DNA of 63,993 bases, the filler included, from Basidiobolus ranarum (Eukaryota): NCBI GenBank assembly GCA_040143965.1. It is 4 parts of 4 records of this genome, joined end to end, with 100 filler letters (N's around TTAATTAATTAA, not from the genome) between each part and the next. Parts side by side here need not be neighbours in the genome. Positions count along the whole stretch, not along the records: positions 33,861 to 50,622 come from JASJQH010000331.1; 3 more parts are not named here. One strand, given 5' to 3'. Positions 36,901-50,622 of this stretch are shown in pieces (position 1 is the first letter of the stretch; every line of letters begins with the position of its first letter). Made by a program: the position numbers and the translations under genes. Below the pieces are notes generated by a model. It was not told the origin of the DNA. It did not search any database and was given only the letters and a program-made list of their open reading frames with translations.

Positions 36901-37201
36901 CTGCAGTTTCAGATCCCCCTTAGACAAATCCCTGTTATCTCTGCCAAATTCTGGTGATTGTTTAAAGATGGCCTCAACGACCTCGTCTCCAATTCTTTTC
37001 CTGTATACCATCTTCCAATTTTCAATCATTTTTGCTCCTTCGACTGTATTTCACTTCACTGGATCGAGAAGTGCTGGCCTAGACACTTTGCTGACTATAT
37101 TTTATATCTTTATGGACCATCAATAAATCACTTCTAAGCTTCTCCCTTACACTTAAAATCCACCCCTTCTAAAACCAATCAAAGGGTGCGAAAATAGAAA
37201 A

Positions 37202-38164
37202 ATGAGTACCCCAACTCTTTCAACAGCGCCACTAGACGAACAGTTAATTCCTCCAAGGACTTCTTCTATGATAGGAACTGGCATTCTTGAGGTCGACGAT
37301 CAAGGAAATTTAGTTCTCCCTCGCTCAGTTAGGGGAGTTAGCATGACTTCCGCATCTCGCCCAATTTCTTTAGCTGAGAATAATCCTGGGCATTTATCTG
37401 GTTCCTCTAACGAGCCGTCACAACGACCAGCGATTCCGATAGGAATTTTATCACGTCATATTTTACAGAAGAAACATCTGCGACAACAGTTGCTTTTACA
37501 TATCGCTGCGGAAACTTTGATTACAACTGGGACAATCACTATCCTAAAGCAGGTCACCGTTGTCTCTTGGGTTATTTGGGTGGTATTTTCCTTTGTGCTA
37601 CTGGTCCTGTTTCCTTTTCAACTTTGGGTAAGAGCTTTAAATTCAATCCACATCTACATTATAGTGATGAAATTATGGTATACTAAATGGCCTAAATTTT
37701 GGAAAAAGAAATATAGGGCTAGGATAAGTGCTTTGAATACCAAGCTACAACAAGAACTTGATACATATCTGACACTCATACGAACCTACGCGAGGACTGA
37801 CAATGAGGAATATGAGTATGATCCTCTTCATCTAGTTCCACCTCCACCTACGTATGCCATCGCCAAAGAGCAACCACCCGCCTATTTTATCCCACCGACT
37901 GTCGCGCTGGGTCATCGAGCATCAAGTAGGCCAAGATTAAATGCCCACACCCGGGGTCACGGGCTCCTACCGCGAATACTTTCGATAGACACGACTGCTA
38001 TCAGTATTCCTCAGATTTCTCATAGTATGGATAGTGTATTGGAAAGTGATTCACCGCTTAATTTCCGACCCCCTAGCTATCGTAGTACTGATAGCGTCAC
38101 AGGACTGTCAACAAGACCAAATACCATCATTGCTATGGAAAGAAATGAACGTTCTGCTATATAA
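37202..38164 (+). CDS. Hypothetical membrane protein with three PPxY motifs
   Basis: 320-aa ORF; hydrophobic segments at about aa 97-160; PPTY, PPAY and PPSY in the C-terminal part. Confidence 0.7.
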   Translation: MSTPTLSTAPLDEQLIPPRTSSMIGTGILEVDDQGNLVLPRSVRGVSMTSASRPISLAENNPGHLSGSSNEPSQRPAIPIGILSRHILQKKHLRQQLLLHIAAETLITTGTITILKQVTVVSWVIWVVFSFVLLVLFPFQLWVRALNSIHIYIIVMKLWYTKWPKFWKKKYRARISALNTKLQQELDTYLTLIRTYARTDNEEYEYDPLHLVPPPPTYAIAKEQPPAYFIPPTVALGHRASSRPRLNAHTRGHGLLPRILSIDTTAISIPQISHSMDSVLESDSPLNFRPPSYRSTDSVTGLSTRPNTIIAMERNERSAI

Positions 38165-40897
38165 GCGTGCCAGTATTCAGATGGGCTCACCCAAGGAGAC
38201 TTCCTTAATGTCAAATCAGTTAAAAGAGCATCCGGAAAACGGTGGAAACTCTAGATTGAATACATGAAAGACGAACAGTCATTGCTTTCTATACATAAAA
38301 AACACTGTAAAATCGGGTCCTAACTCCAAAATATCTAACTGACACTCATGATTAAAGAGGCAATTGAAGTTGCTATATATCATTTTTATCTTGACGCATT
38401 TGATATATACTTACCGTATCTTATCTATGACATAACCAATCTAGCTTGACTTGGAAAGCGCCCATATTGTCTTGCCAGAAAGTTCTGTTGCTACTATCAT
38501 GATTGTTTTTGGTAACTACCTTGATACAAAGCTTCCTCTAAGAAAGGATGTTCGCTTTCATCCGCTGTTCCCCAAGGCATTATTTTCGTTCCGAACCACC
38601 CTACAAATTCTCGACATCCTTTATAGCTGAGTAGCCCAATAAAGTATCTTGCTTGAGCTAACTGAATCTATGTAAATTTGGTTGTGACACTTGAAATGTT
38701 AGCTTTGGCAGAATACGAATCACAGCTTATCTAAATTTGGATTCTGAAGGATTTGCCACGACGAATATAGAATACTCCGAACCAAATGGAGAAAATGACT
38801 AATTAGAGGTGTTTAGCTAACGTCTATGGGATTTGCTTGACACAAACCTCATGCTCAGATGATTGGTGGACTTTTCGGATTAGTGATCGTCAGTGCTCTT
38901 TTCCAGCTCTATACTTATAGGCCTCAAGTTGACAAAGACCTAAGATTCAGGAGGAATGATAAAGAGTCTGGTGTTTAGGAAGGCTCGACTATACCACCTA
39001 CTCTATAGCCCAGCTTTGTTTGGGAAAGCTTTCACATTTCTACGAAAAACACCTATACACGAGATTCTATACAAAACTTCATTACGACAATATCATATTC
39101 ACAGTGGTTGCATCTCCTAAATGATATCCCTTGTTATTACCACCATGGTAATATTTAAATAAAGAATAGTTCAAGTATCTAAAACTACCACAGGCTCCTA
39201 ACTCCAAGTTGAAGATTGTATACTTGTCAGCACCGCTACTTTAGAATAGGATGTGGAACAATGTTTATTATTACTATGGAGAGCTTTTCTAGTGACTAGT
39301 TCCCCTCAGCATTATCTTACATTTAGCCATAGCAATGATTTAAACAGTAATTATGCTCAATCCTAATCAATAATAGGCTTGGCCATTCAAAGTCAAACAG
39401 TCCGTTTTGATGAACTTGGTTGCTTGGATATAGTTTAGATATCTTAGACATCAATTCATATATGAAACCTTAAGGCCAAAATGGTGATGACACCCTACGT
39501 ATGTATTGCTAGTGGTCGTTTTCCTATTCCTTTGATCCAGTCAGGATCTCCTTAGTGGTTTCCTTCTTCGGGTAATACTAGAAAGCTCGTCAGGTAGTAC
39601 CGAACCATTTAAAAGCACTCTTGTCCAAATCCTGGGATTAATTTTTGTCAATTATATGATCCTCTCTTAGTATTGAGACCCTAGGTGCCAAGGAAAATCA
39701 CCGAATATGCATGGTAAACCTGAGTACTAGAGTGCATTATCCCTCTAGACTTCGAAAATGCATCAGCCATAATTCTACAATACCCTAGATCTGGTAAATA
39801 GTGACTCTATGGTACAACGCTAGGATGCCTACGGATGGTACATCAATGGCCTGATATTGACACAACAATGGTGACCTGGCACTATTATTACCCGAAGAAC
39901 TCTTAGGATAGAACGTTACAGTGTAGCTTATTTAATTCACAAAACGACTATCACACATGCATGCTATCAATCGGAGTCACATTAGATTCTCATAAGATAT
40001 AAATAGTATATCCATATACGACAAGTCACGATATCTTCTGAAAAACTGTCAGACTCCATATGAGCTTTTGGGTGAATTTCTGGGGTCGAAAAGATGTACT
40101 ACTAGGATAGTTTTCAAAAGCCAAGTATAGTTATATGATCTGTTAAGCTCAATTCAGGCGATAGTCTGCTGATTTCGTTTCATTTATTTGTCAGGCTGAA
40201 CATCAGGAAATACATAATTAAACTGATCTTTGGTCACCCCACCCCACCATACACAAACTAAATGATTTCTATTCAGTTTGCATCCTCTGATCTCACTACT
40301 CTTGGACTCTATTATTGTTCAAGACAAACCCAGTTGCTCTCCCTCCCCTATACACGGATCTCAGGAAATACAGGGAAGCTATTCAATCAAATGTCAGAAC
40401 GCAGAATATGGCATTATCTAGATATGTTTCATTAGCGCACCAAGTCTAAAATGAAGCATGTCTGTCACAAGTATCAAATATGGATGATGGTTTAGAATAA
40501 CTATCGAACTCAACTGGAATTGAGATTCTTTCGCTGAAATATCACATGATAAAAGGAAATATTTGTCGGTTGGTTTTTTCGGTAATCACTTCTACGGTGA
40601 GGATGAAATTTAACTTCTGTACGCTTGCTTGTTAAATTCATTTATGCAAGCAGCAAACATTCAATCTTAAACAATTTACAATCTCAAAAGATCCAGTGGA
40701 GTGTTTTTCTCAGTCCAGGTGAGCGATGGTTTACTAAAACATCAATGGGCTTGAAAGTTCATAACAATTAAGATTTTTGCATAGTGTAATATGAAGTAAA
40801 CTCTAAGACATATTCTTGAAAAAGAGTGGAAATAGACTGAATCATGTAATAGCAACGCTATAGTTAGAATAAATATGTGCTCATTCACATGTTAAGA

Positions 40898-41923
40898 TCA
40901 GGCCTGGTTGATAGTGTGAGTAATTCCGTTGGCTTCGAAGAACTTATGGAAGAGTGGAATCAGTTGTTGTGCTACGGTGAAACTGAAAATGAGTTTTGGC
41001 CCAACAACAAGTATCTTCGGAGTTAACCCTTTGAAGAAAGAGCCAAAGCCTTCGTTCTTTACCATGTTCTTTACGATACTCACACCACTCTCAGGTGCAT
41101 CAAAAGGTTTATTTTGAATTCTCGTCTTCACTACATCCAAAGGCGCAGCCACAGTAATACTGGCTACGGCACCGCCAATGGAAGCGCAGAAGTTTTGGAA
41201 GAATGTGGCCTTGGAATAATCCTCAAGATAAAATATATGCTCCTTAACAATTGCAGCGCCGCCAAAGAGCGCGAAGGACCCAGGGGCATTACGAGCTGCT
41301 GTCCACATACCTCCTCGATACAATCCAAAACCTTCGTCCCACATGATCTTGAAAAATCCACGATTTCTGAGGGACTCTGGGTTAGTTTGCATCTTAATTT
41401 TAAGAACATCCAAAGGCAGCAAGGCAACTTCACCAATACCTACCAAGGAACCAGCAGTCGCATGCATCATAGTTTTTCCATTTTTCTCACCGAAAGCGCG
41501 AGTAAAAGTATCCCGATGATGAGTATTGAGATAGTCCTTGACGAAAGGTTGGCCACCAAACTTGTAGATACGTTGTAAAATCTTGTAGCCAGCGGCAAAA
41601 CCAAGACCAGGGAAGAGAGACATATATTTACGTACAATCCCAGCATTTTGGGCATCTCTGAAAACCACGGCAGATAAGTTATGAAAGCTTTGAGAAAGAG
41701 GCGCCCCGGGAATAAAGATCTAAACATATTGTTGCTATTTTGAGTATCAAGGCGATTTCCAACACACTAACTGGGTAAATACCTTTCCAGTGTTACTCAT
41801 CAGTCTCTTAGCGATTGTGTCTATAGGATGAAAACCAAGGAGCTCAAAGAGTCCAGAAGCTCCAGAACCACTGAAGCGAGCAAGGCCAGACTCGCGATTG
41901 CTTCCAGTGCCGTGTGCGCCCAT
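40898..41923 (-). CDS. GGC1: Mitochondrial GTP/GDP carrier; intron 41720-41782
   Basis: FHPIDTIAKRLMSN, SLFPGLGFAAGYKILQRIYKFGGQP, LLPLDVLKIK and TAARNAPGSFALFGG. Confidence 0.95.
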
Positions 41924-42895
41924 TTTTGAACCTGGAATTAAAAAGATTTACTTGAAGCAGAAGCAGAGAGAGGTATGTAACAAAATGTCAAGAGTTAATC
42001 TCAATGATGGACTACGTTTTTATCATTCACCAAGAAAAAATTCGACCGTGCAAGAATAAATGTTTAGCATTGAGCCACTGTCCCTTTGACTCATACAGTG
42101 AAACAACCATTTGAACCGTCTTTTAACTTTAACAGTATATAATCAATAGTAATATTCGATTGAGTGGAATATTTCATGAATTGATCAACATCACATCTTC
42201 AAACCAATCACTATTGGATGTCTGAGATTCCAGTACACATCAGCCACTTTCGTGTAGATTGTTGTGCGTTGAAATCAAATTGGATAGACTCGGGTTGACT
42301 TCTCGAATTCGGATTAAGGGCATAATCACTGAAGTTGTCAAATATAGACTATCTTCCCTCTCCGTAGTCATTGAGGTGTTTCAAGTATCCGAGGGTTTCC
42401 GAGAGAGGGATAACTATTCAGGAAGATACTACAGTGACAATATTGTTACGCCATCCCAATGCTGAAGCTCTCTGAGTAGAAGAGTCAAGGAGCTTGCACA
42501 TGCAGCCTTAATGAGCGTCAAAGGGTACTTTACTTCATGTTAACGCATATAGAGCCTTAGTTTCTCGAGACTTGAATCCTTGTTCCTTGGGTTGCAATAT
42601 GCACCATCGGTAATTTCGAGCTACAAAATCCGCAGATCACAACCAAATTAGTGTCAAAACCCCAATGTTAATACCACTGTAATTATGTCCAGATATGACC
42701 AGCAATACCAACGATCCTTCTGTGACCTATATCAACGATCACCACGTTTAAGACTGAGGATAACTTTCCAGGGTCAACTTATTTCCATATATGAGATTTC
42801 GGTGAACCTTTCAATAGCTGGCTCAAGAATGAACTGTAAATGAATCATCAATGGATTAAGAATCTTATGATTCTAAAGTCAAAGAGGGTGGATTT

Positions 42896-43175
42896 TATTG
42901 AAGTATTCTGGGAGTTTGTTGGAAGTGGCTTGGAGAACTAGAAAGAATTGATGGTTTTCACTTCTTGATTTATTAAGCTGACATTTATAGCTGGGTAGAC
43001 AAACAAACGTGTAGAATGTGCTAAGGAAGGTCACAGGTACAAAGTTTAGGGCCTCTAGGAAAAGCTTTCGAAATCTTCAAAGTAAATCCCTCTATGATAT
43101 CTTAGTGAAAATGAAATAACTAAATACCAAGCTATATATGACTATATAGATGTTTAGGCTATGTCAATTTCAACA
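42896..43175 (-). mobile_element. Solo LTR (same copia family, internally deleted)
   Basis: Reverse-complement match to the 1185-1530 LTR; flanks GATTT/TATTT resemble a 5-bp TSD. Confidence 0.85.
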
Positions 43176-43633
43176 TATTTGTGAGGGGCACTCATATAGT
43201 TGCTTTAGTAACACTCTTCGGGTGAAGTTCTCAAGAAATTGTTTATATGGGCATTATTAATCCTCTGACTGACTCAATGAAACAACGCGTATTTCTGATT
43301 TCCATACTTTTCAATTAATGGGGTGTGAAAATATTGTGGAATGGCATTGCATATTGCGTGAGGATGCTACTTGGCTCACTATGCTAAAACCAGAAATAAT
43401 CCAAGGGCCGCAGCAGCTTGTATGTAGATATTCACTTCTGAAAAGATATCATTTGGTAATATTCAATCAGGAAGCAGGCTATTCACTAGGCTAGAATTTG
43501 AATATATAGTTCAATGTCTATTTTGCTTACTAGGCAGTACTAGACAATATTTAATTAATCTCAATAATTTCCACAAACTAAACAACATTCATGAGGGATT
43601 GTAAAAGGTAGGAACTGGCAAAAGGCTGCCTAA

Positions 43634-45229
43634 TCAAGAGCTTATGTTTGCCTTTGATGCATTATAAGCATCCATTTCACTCATAATATCGTTAATATCT
43701 CTACCCTTGGTCTCAGGAACAAAGAAAAAATGATGCACAAAGAAAAGGAAGTTTAGGGCGGTTACGAGAATAAAAGTATTATCTCCAATCTTAGACATAA
43801 CTGTAGGGAATAAGAATACCACAAGGAAATTTCCAATCCAATTTGCAGAAGTAGTCATGGATACCACTACGCCTGCTGCCCAAGTAGGCACCATCTCCGG
43901 AATGATTAGAAAAGGAATACTTGCTAATCCAATATTGAACGAGGCTGAGAAGCAAATGACTGAACAAATCTCCAGGATACTGATTGAGAGCTTTTGACCG
44001 ATTACAAGGGTGGCAGAAAATATTACCATCAACATAATACTAGTTAACAGGAGTGGTCTTCTGCCTGTTCGATCAATCACAACGCATGTAACGCAATTGA
44101 TGAAGAAATTAAGAATTGCAATACCCACAGTTATGAGTTGCGCCACTTTTAGTCCAGTGGTTTTGGTCATTATCGAGGTTGAATATAGAGTAACACCATT
44201 AACAGAAGAAAGAGTTTGCGATGCATGAATGATCAATCCTACGAGAACCATCTTCCTAAGGAATGGATGAGATACAACATCCTTGATTCTCTTCAGCAAA
44301 TGTCCCTCTCCAGGGCTGTTAGAGTTAGCTTCATGGGCATCTCCACCTATGCTTTTAACCATTTCCGAGTATTCGTTTTCTACATAGCAACCAGGTCGAA
44401 GTTTTTGCAGCGATTCTTTGGCTTCGTCGAAACGGTTTTTGGTAAGCAAATACCTGGGCGTCTCTGGACTGTAGCAAAGAAGTACCATTTGAATTATGGC
44501 TGGAATGATTGTCAGACCCAGAAGAAGTCTCCACCATGGAATGCTGGATAAACCTAAACTAATACCTTGAGAAATAACAATTCCAATAGCTAGTTGCATT
44601 TGTACCATGGAGCCCATGGCACCACGATTTCTAGTTGTGGATACTTCGGCGATATACATTGGTACTATTACTGAGCCAGCACCACTACCAAGCCCAACGA
44701 AAAACCGACCGATGGTAAACATGGGGACATTAACCGAACAAGCCATAAACATCCCTCCAATAATAAAGTTAATATTATTCCAGAATAAAGTACGGTTTCT
44801 ACCCAACTTATCAGCAATTGGGCCTGCTGACAGTCCTCCCAACAAGCCTCCTATACAAAATATCCCAATGGAAAACCCCCTAGAATTCGACAAGTATTAG
44901 TTTTTATAGGGCAAGCGAAATCTCCAAACTCTGTATAGCACCACTCACCATATCAAATCACTCATTGGCAAACAGTCAGGCAGTCCTCCAGTGTTATTAT
45001 TGGGAGTAGGACAGTCACGGATTACTCTCTCCGGATTGTTTGGAACACCCGTATTGTACCCCATATTGAATTGGGCCAGTGTAGCCACAGAGCAGATGAA
45101 GAATACTTTCGCTATATATTTTTGATCTTTGGAGTCTGGAAGATTTTCGACATTGTCAAAGGCATTGGAAGCAGGAGAGACTCTACAATCAACGTTAGAT
45201 TTCTTGGTCATCATTTTGTCTGGATTCAT
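43634..45229 (-). CDS. MFS sugar porter (GLUT-like); intron 44880-44948
   Basis: QFNMGYNTGV, ADKLGR, PMYIAEVS, PETPRYL, IDRTGRR and VPETKG. Confidence 0.92.
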
Positions 45230-46002
45230 GATTCTCTGTGCAAACTAACTCTCGAAGTTTAGGTTAGAGTTTTGGATTTCGAATACTACAGGGCCGCTTA
45301 TATTTGTACAGTTAGACATGTATCCGCTCTATAATTTGGTCTCGAATTTCCCATTGTCTTAGTGATTACAACCACTCTAACCTCGTGTAACTTTACCCTA
45401 AAGTGAGCTAACTAAGCTCAGATATGAACATACATCTTTCCACCTCTCTTTCTTACAGGTTATCCATATGCAACCACAACACTCGGACATTAGCATATGA
45501 CTTGTGTGTTAAACGCTCACTATCCTAAATGATGCATTCAAGGATCTTAGGATCTTGTGGAATGCTGAATCACTTTAATTTATTCGCAAGATTCAGTGTT
45601 ATTGCCATTTTACAATGCACTTTTGTTAGAATTTTCCTCCACAGCTGCAAGCTCATTGGACTTCGTGACTTCATACTAGCGGGATTGACTTTCATTTAGA
45701 AGACATTACCTTTCTGTATCAAAACGTGGGTAACTAACCATACTGATAGAACGAAGTGGAATTACCATTTTGCAGTGTGGTTGCTGACCAAGGTTACACA
45801 ATAAGCAGGTGATTCTGACATGCAATACCGTTGTCCATATCATGTTGAAACTACTCCCATGTCATACCAATGGGCAGGTGAAGATACAGAAATGGGAATT
45901 CGATTGTAGCCTAATTTCACATAGTCAAGTTAATTATAAAGAGCAGATTTTGTCTCTTACAAATGTGTACTATTTCACTTCAAGCTCACTATACTATTCT
46001 CG

Positions 46003-46851
46003 ATGTCAAAGATTCTTATCATCAATCCAAACACGTCTCAAGCCTTCACTACGTTGATTGAGCGTGTTGCAAAGGATGTATTAAAGGGCACCGGTATAGA
46101 TATAGAGGCAACCAGTCCCACTCAGGGCCCTATGTCTATAGAATCAATGATGGACGAGGTTGTTTCTGCCTATTGGACTATTGACCATGTCATTCCACGG
46201 ATATCCCAGTATGATGGATTCATCGTGGCTTGCTACTCCGCCCATCCGAGCATTCCAGCCTTGCGTGAATACACAGAGAAACCAGTGATTGGTATCATGG
46301 AAGGGAGCATCTATCATTCGCTTCCACTAGGTGAGAAGTTCTCTATTGTCACTACTGCACCACGTTGGAAGCCCCTTCTGGAAGAGGGAGTTCGTAACAT
46401 GGGGCTAAAAGAACGCTGCGCGAGTGAACGTACCTCAGGGCTGGCGGTGATGGAGTTGGAGCAGTTAGATCCAGACATTGTCATTGACCGTCTATGTCAG
46501 GAGGCGAGACGTGCAGTTGACGAGGATGGTGCTGAAGTGATCGTGCTCGGGTGTGCTGGTATGGCTGGACTAGAGCAGGCTGTATATGAAGCAACACGAG
46601 TTCCGGTAGTAGATGGAGTCAGAGCGTCAGTGGAATATATGGCAGGTCTAGTTAGATCAAAGTTGAAGGTTAGTAAAAGGCTCTTGTACTCCAAACTGCC
46701 AGACAGGCCACATGAAATCAAGGTCCCAGACATGGGGGTGGCAATGGCCTATGGGGCTAAACAAGCGATATCTGATCGGATCATGAAGCCGTTCATATCA
46801 ATCATGGATTACAAGAATATCAATACTACTGTTATGTATGACGCTAAATAG
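46003..46851 (+). CDS. Asp/Glu/hydantoin racemase family protein (Dcg1/HpxA-like), intronless
   Basis: KILIINPNTS, FIVACYS, PVIGIME, FSIVTT, IVLGCAGM and PVVDGV; both catalytic Cys are present. Confidence 0.9.
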   Translation: MSKILIINPNTSQAFTTLIERVAKDVLKGTGIDIEATSPTQGPMSIESMMDEVVSAYWTIDHVIPRISQYDGFIVACYSAHPSIPALREYTEKPVIGIMEGSIYHSLPLGEKFSIVTTAPRWKPLLEEGVRNMGLKERCASERTSGLAVMELEQLDPDIVIDRLCQEARRAVDEDGAEVIVLGCAGMAGLEQAVYEATRVPVVDGVRASVEYMAGLVRSKLKVSKRLLYSKLPDRPHEIKVPDMGVAMAYGAKQAISDRIMKPFISIMDYKNINTTVMYDAK

Positions 46852-48149
46852 CTTGTGTTGGAGAATATAGTTCAGTAACATTGGATGTAAGACCTAGTTT
46901 AAATGGCTCTATATAAATAAGTTAAACACATAAACTCATCGTTAAGATGAATAATCGGCTTTCGTCAATACTGATTGCGCAGTAAGCTCCGCGTCTAATA
47001 AGTTTACCAACATCATCTTCACTAAATAAAGCATTTCTCCATGCTTAAAGAATCACTTTACTGACTATTATATTACTTGTCCCTGTATAAAGAAAGCCTG
47101 ATCTCATTAGATATATGTGAACATTCGATGCGTTGATAGAATTTCATTTGACATATAGTTTGATACATTAACGACCGTCAACAAAAGGTACCACTTATTC
47201 GGATCATGTTTGGCTTGAGTAATTAGACAATTATTGGTGTTCAAGTCAGCAGATGAACTATTTGATGTAACCATCACTCCTATCTTGCGTACTTTTTTTG
47301 TGGTTGGAATTTGTGTTAGATCTACAACTTTTCACAGATTTGTTATATATTTCTATTTGCTAGTACATCTAGCCCCCTTACCAGGAATGATATAGCCTCA
47401 GTAAGTTGCGGGTATTCTACCGGTATAACGTGTGGTAGTAATATGTCAATTACTCTTTTTGGTGTACTGCGATCATAGCTTGTACTACAATCGATATTGA
47501 GTGGTTGCATAATGAGTATAAACCGATCTTATTTCAACAACATAAGTTAGGAAAAAGAAATATGAAAGTGAATATATTGATTTCCAATTATGGAGCAATA
47601 TCAAGAGAACCATTTTCTATCTGTGTCTGTTTCAACGCAAACCACTAGAGGTGGTAGTCGTCAATATAGTTGTAAATACAGTAAAACAATAGGTTGACAA
47701 CAATTCTCAATGAAATATCTCCCTCTCCTTTTACTTTAGATTCGTTCTCAAACCACATGCAACTCACAAGCATACAAATATGTACCTTGAGTGTATTGAG
47801 TGTTCTATTCTCTAAGGTATGTAATCGCATCTCCAATGTTAACACTCTACTCATCCCCAAAGATTCTCCAAACTCTATTCAGCTCAACAATTGATTATTG
47901 AATATGTGTGTCTGGTAACTTTTGAACCATAGGTTCCAAGCTATGAAGTATAAAATTCTACATACTGCTACCGCTATCTAACATCTTCATTTCTAGTACA
48001 TCATGTGTGCAGCCAGGATGAAGTTATGGTAACTTGATACTTTCAAACTATATAAGGCTTAAAGTCATATGTGCAAGCAGTCTAATTGCTTGCCATTCTT
48101 TGTTGATACTTGGCATTATTGATATGTGCAATTTAAGATTTGTAAATAT

Positions 48150-48498
48150 TGTTGAAACTAACATTGCCTAAGCACCTATATAGTCATATATAGCTTAGTA
48201 CTTAGTTATCTTATAATTCACTAAGATATTATCCATTATTCTCAATTGGAATTTACTTAGAATACTTTTACCAACTTAGAAGTTTTCAGATATATAGATT
48301 TTTCAAACTTGTGCTAGAAACCCCAAACTTTCCACACATGTTCCTGGGATCTTCATTAACACATTCTATATGTTATTTTGCTTACCTCTTGATAAAAACT
48401 ATAAATGTCAACTTTCTACTCAATAATTCAATAAGTGAAAACCACCAATTCTTCTAATTCTCCAAACCACTTCCAACGGGCTCCCAAATACTTTAACA
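48150..48498 (+). mobile_element. Solo LTR with perfect 5-bp TSD (AATAT)
   Basis: TGTTGAAA...TTTAACA; AATAT at 48145-48149 and 48499-48503. Confidence 0.93.
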
Positions 48499-48673
48499 AA
48501 TATATCACCATCAAACCAATGGTAAAATAGCATGTGTGCATGTTAAGTTAAAAGTATTAGTGGTCTAACTGTGTTAACCACTACTGAAGATCACTATAAA
48601 GTCTTGTTATACAGCAAGGTTACTCTCCATCATTTGGTACATATATTATATTCCTTACTCTACATATAATATT

Positions 48674-49005
48674 GGTTAAAGTATTTTGGGAGCCTGTTGG
48701 AAGCGGTATGGAGAACTAGAGGAATTGATGGTTTTCACTTATTGAGATATTGAATTGAAAGTTGACATTTATAGTTTTGTCAAGATGTAAACAAATAAAT
48801 GTGTTGAATGTGTTAAGGAAGGTCTCAGGAACATGTATGTAAAGTTTTGGGCTTTTTTAAAGAATCTATATATCTGAGAACTTCTAAGTTGGTGTCAATA
48901 TTCTAAGTGAATTTCTCTTGAGGTGATATCTTAGTTCAATATGGAATAACTAAATACTAAGCTATATATGACTACATAGGTGTTTAGGCAATGCTAATTT
49001 CAACA
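48674..49005 (-). mobile_element. Solo LTR, inverted relative to its neighbour
   Basis: Reverse-complement match to the family; flanks ATATT/ATATC. Confidence 0.88.
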
Positions 49006-50622
49006 ATATCTATGTTAAGCCTTCCTCGAAAACTTGTGCATATGTATATAGCGGTGGCATTGTGAAATAGAGGAATATCACTGTACTTTCTCTGATCTTT
49101 TGCTTTGACAAGTTGCATTCTACTAGTGAACTCAACATACATATGGTAAAACATGTAAGAATAGAGTAGTCCACATGTAACCCCCAAAAGATTTGTTGTC
49201 ATTCTCTAGAATGCTATATTTGAAAATACAATGGGTTGCAAATACGTCATAGCAGACATCAAGGCTCTAGTACATTTGTAATTTCTAAATAAAGCTGAAG
49301 TGCTATGTTGCACAACTATAAATAAACGTGAGCCAGCATAAGATCAGAACAATATGACGTCAAATTTGATACCCAGATCCCTATGAAATATAGTAACGTC
49401 AGTTCAATTGTCCCTGCATAAATCTAACACTAACTCGACCAAATACGCTTTCGTTTCCAACGTACATTTACTGAAAATAATTGGAGAAACTGGAATTTAA
49501 CAGGATTGAGGCTCTGGATTTGTGGTTCATAGTCTCTACATTTGTCCATCTATATATATAAGAGACTAATGAGGGTTTCTTCTCTGAACTACAATCCAGG
49601 TAACGAGATACCTAACCCAGAACATAATTGTAGATAAGGGCCTGTTTGCGTCAATACACCAGTATTGTTAAGATATCTCTCGTAATACAGGTAACACATA
49701 TGGAACCTATAATTTATTTCAAGTTATTGAGCCAATATATCCAATGCCAATGTAGGGAATACTTTGCGATTATATTCGTGAGGTTTACTTCGTAGAAACT
49801 CTCGGAATTATTTTCTCGATCCTGTTGTTCCTGTTCAAGTGTGATATTAACGGTATTCGACAAGAAAAGTTTGTAGGTTGGGTATCGTTTATTGATGGAA
49901 AGTATAGATATTACACAGATTTAGTGCATATTCAGTCTGTTTTTTACGCGAACAACCTTCTGTCAAACGAAGGAGGCCAGAATTGGGTTGGCAAAGAACA
50001 ACTGTTTGGGCATGACTGAAAACTGTGGTAATAGTGAATCAACCAGGACACTTAACATTCATGAAGAGTTGAGGAACTGTACCAATTTCTTGAGTCTGTA
50101 GGTGCTCTTCTCGTGTTCAACAAAAGGATTGAGGCCTACCGCTAACTAGTATATAGTGTTGGAAAAATTATTCATCCAAGTTGGGCCATCTCCCATCCAT
50201 CCTTCATTACACACAACAATAGCCAAATGAAAACCTCAATAGTAGAGGAATACACTATTGTTTTCTAACCCTTACTACCATGTTTAACTGCTGCGTGACA
50301 CAGGCAGAGAGTGGCTTGATTACTAGAAATATTTATAACTCGGACACACGAATAGATTTGGATCTATAATCGGTCACAGATCATTTTCTTGACTGACTTT
50401 TCTGATACTTAGATAATTAGTAAAAGCAACTTAGCTTACTCATTACTGAACTTGACAGCATGCAATGGTTACAATGGGGAGAGTGTATATTCTCATTATT
50501 TTATGAGATCCATCCGACTTAAAGGTTTTTGCCAAATCAGTCAGAGTACGAGTGGTGGATCGTAGGGTGACTGCGATGTGGTATATTTTGGGCTTTAATC
50601 AACTTAAATAGTAGTGGAGCTA

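Noticed and set aside
41114-41578. 154-aa plus-strand ORF
   Set aside because: Antisense to GGC1.
38800-42800. Protein-like fragments in intergenic DNA at about 38.8-39.9 kb and 42.2-42.8 kb
   Set aside because: Too degenerate to assign without a search.
20133-46851. Apparent allantoin-utilisation cluster (Dal5-like MFS plus hydantoin racemase)
   Set aside because: The two genes lie on different contigs separated by an artificial linker.
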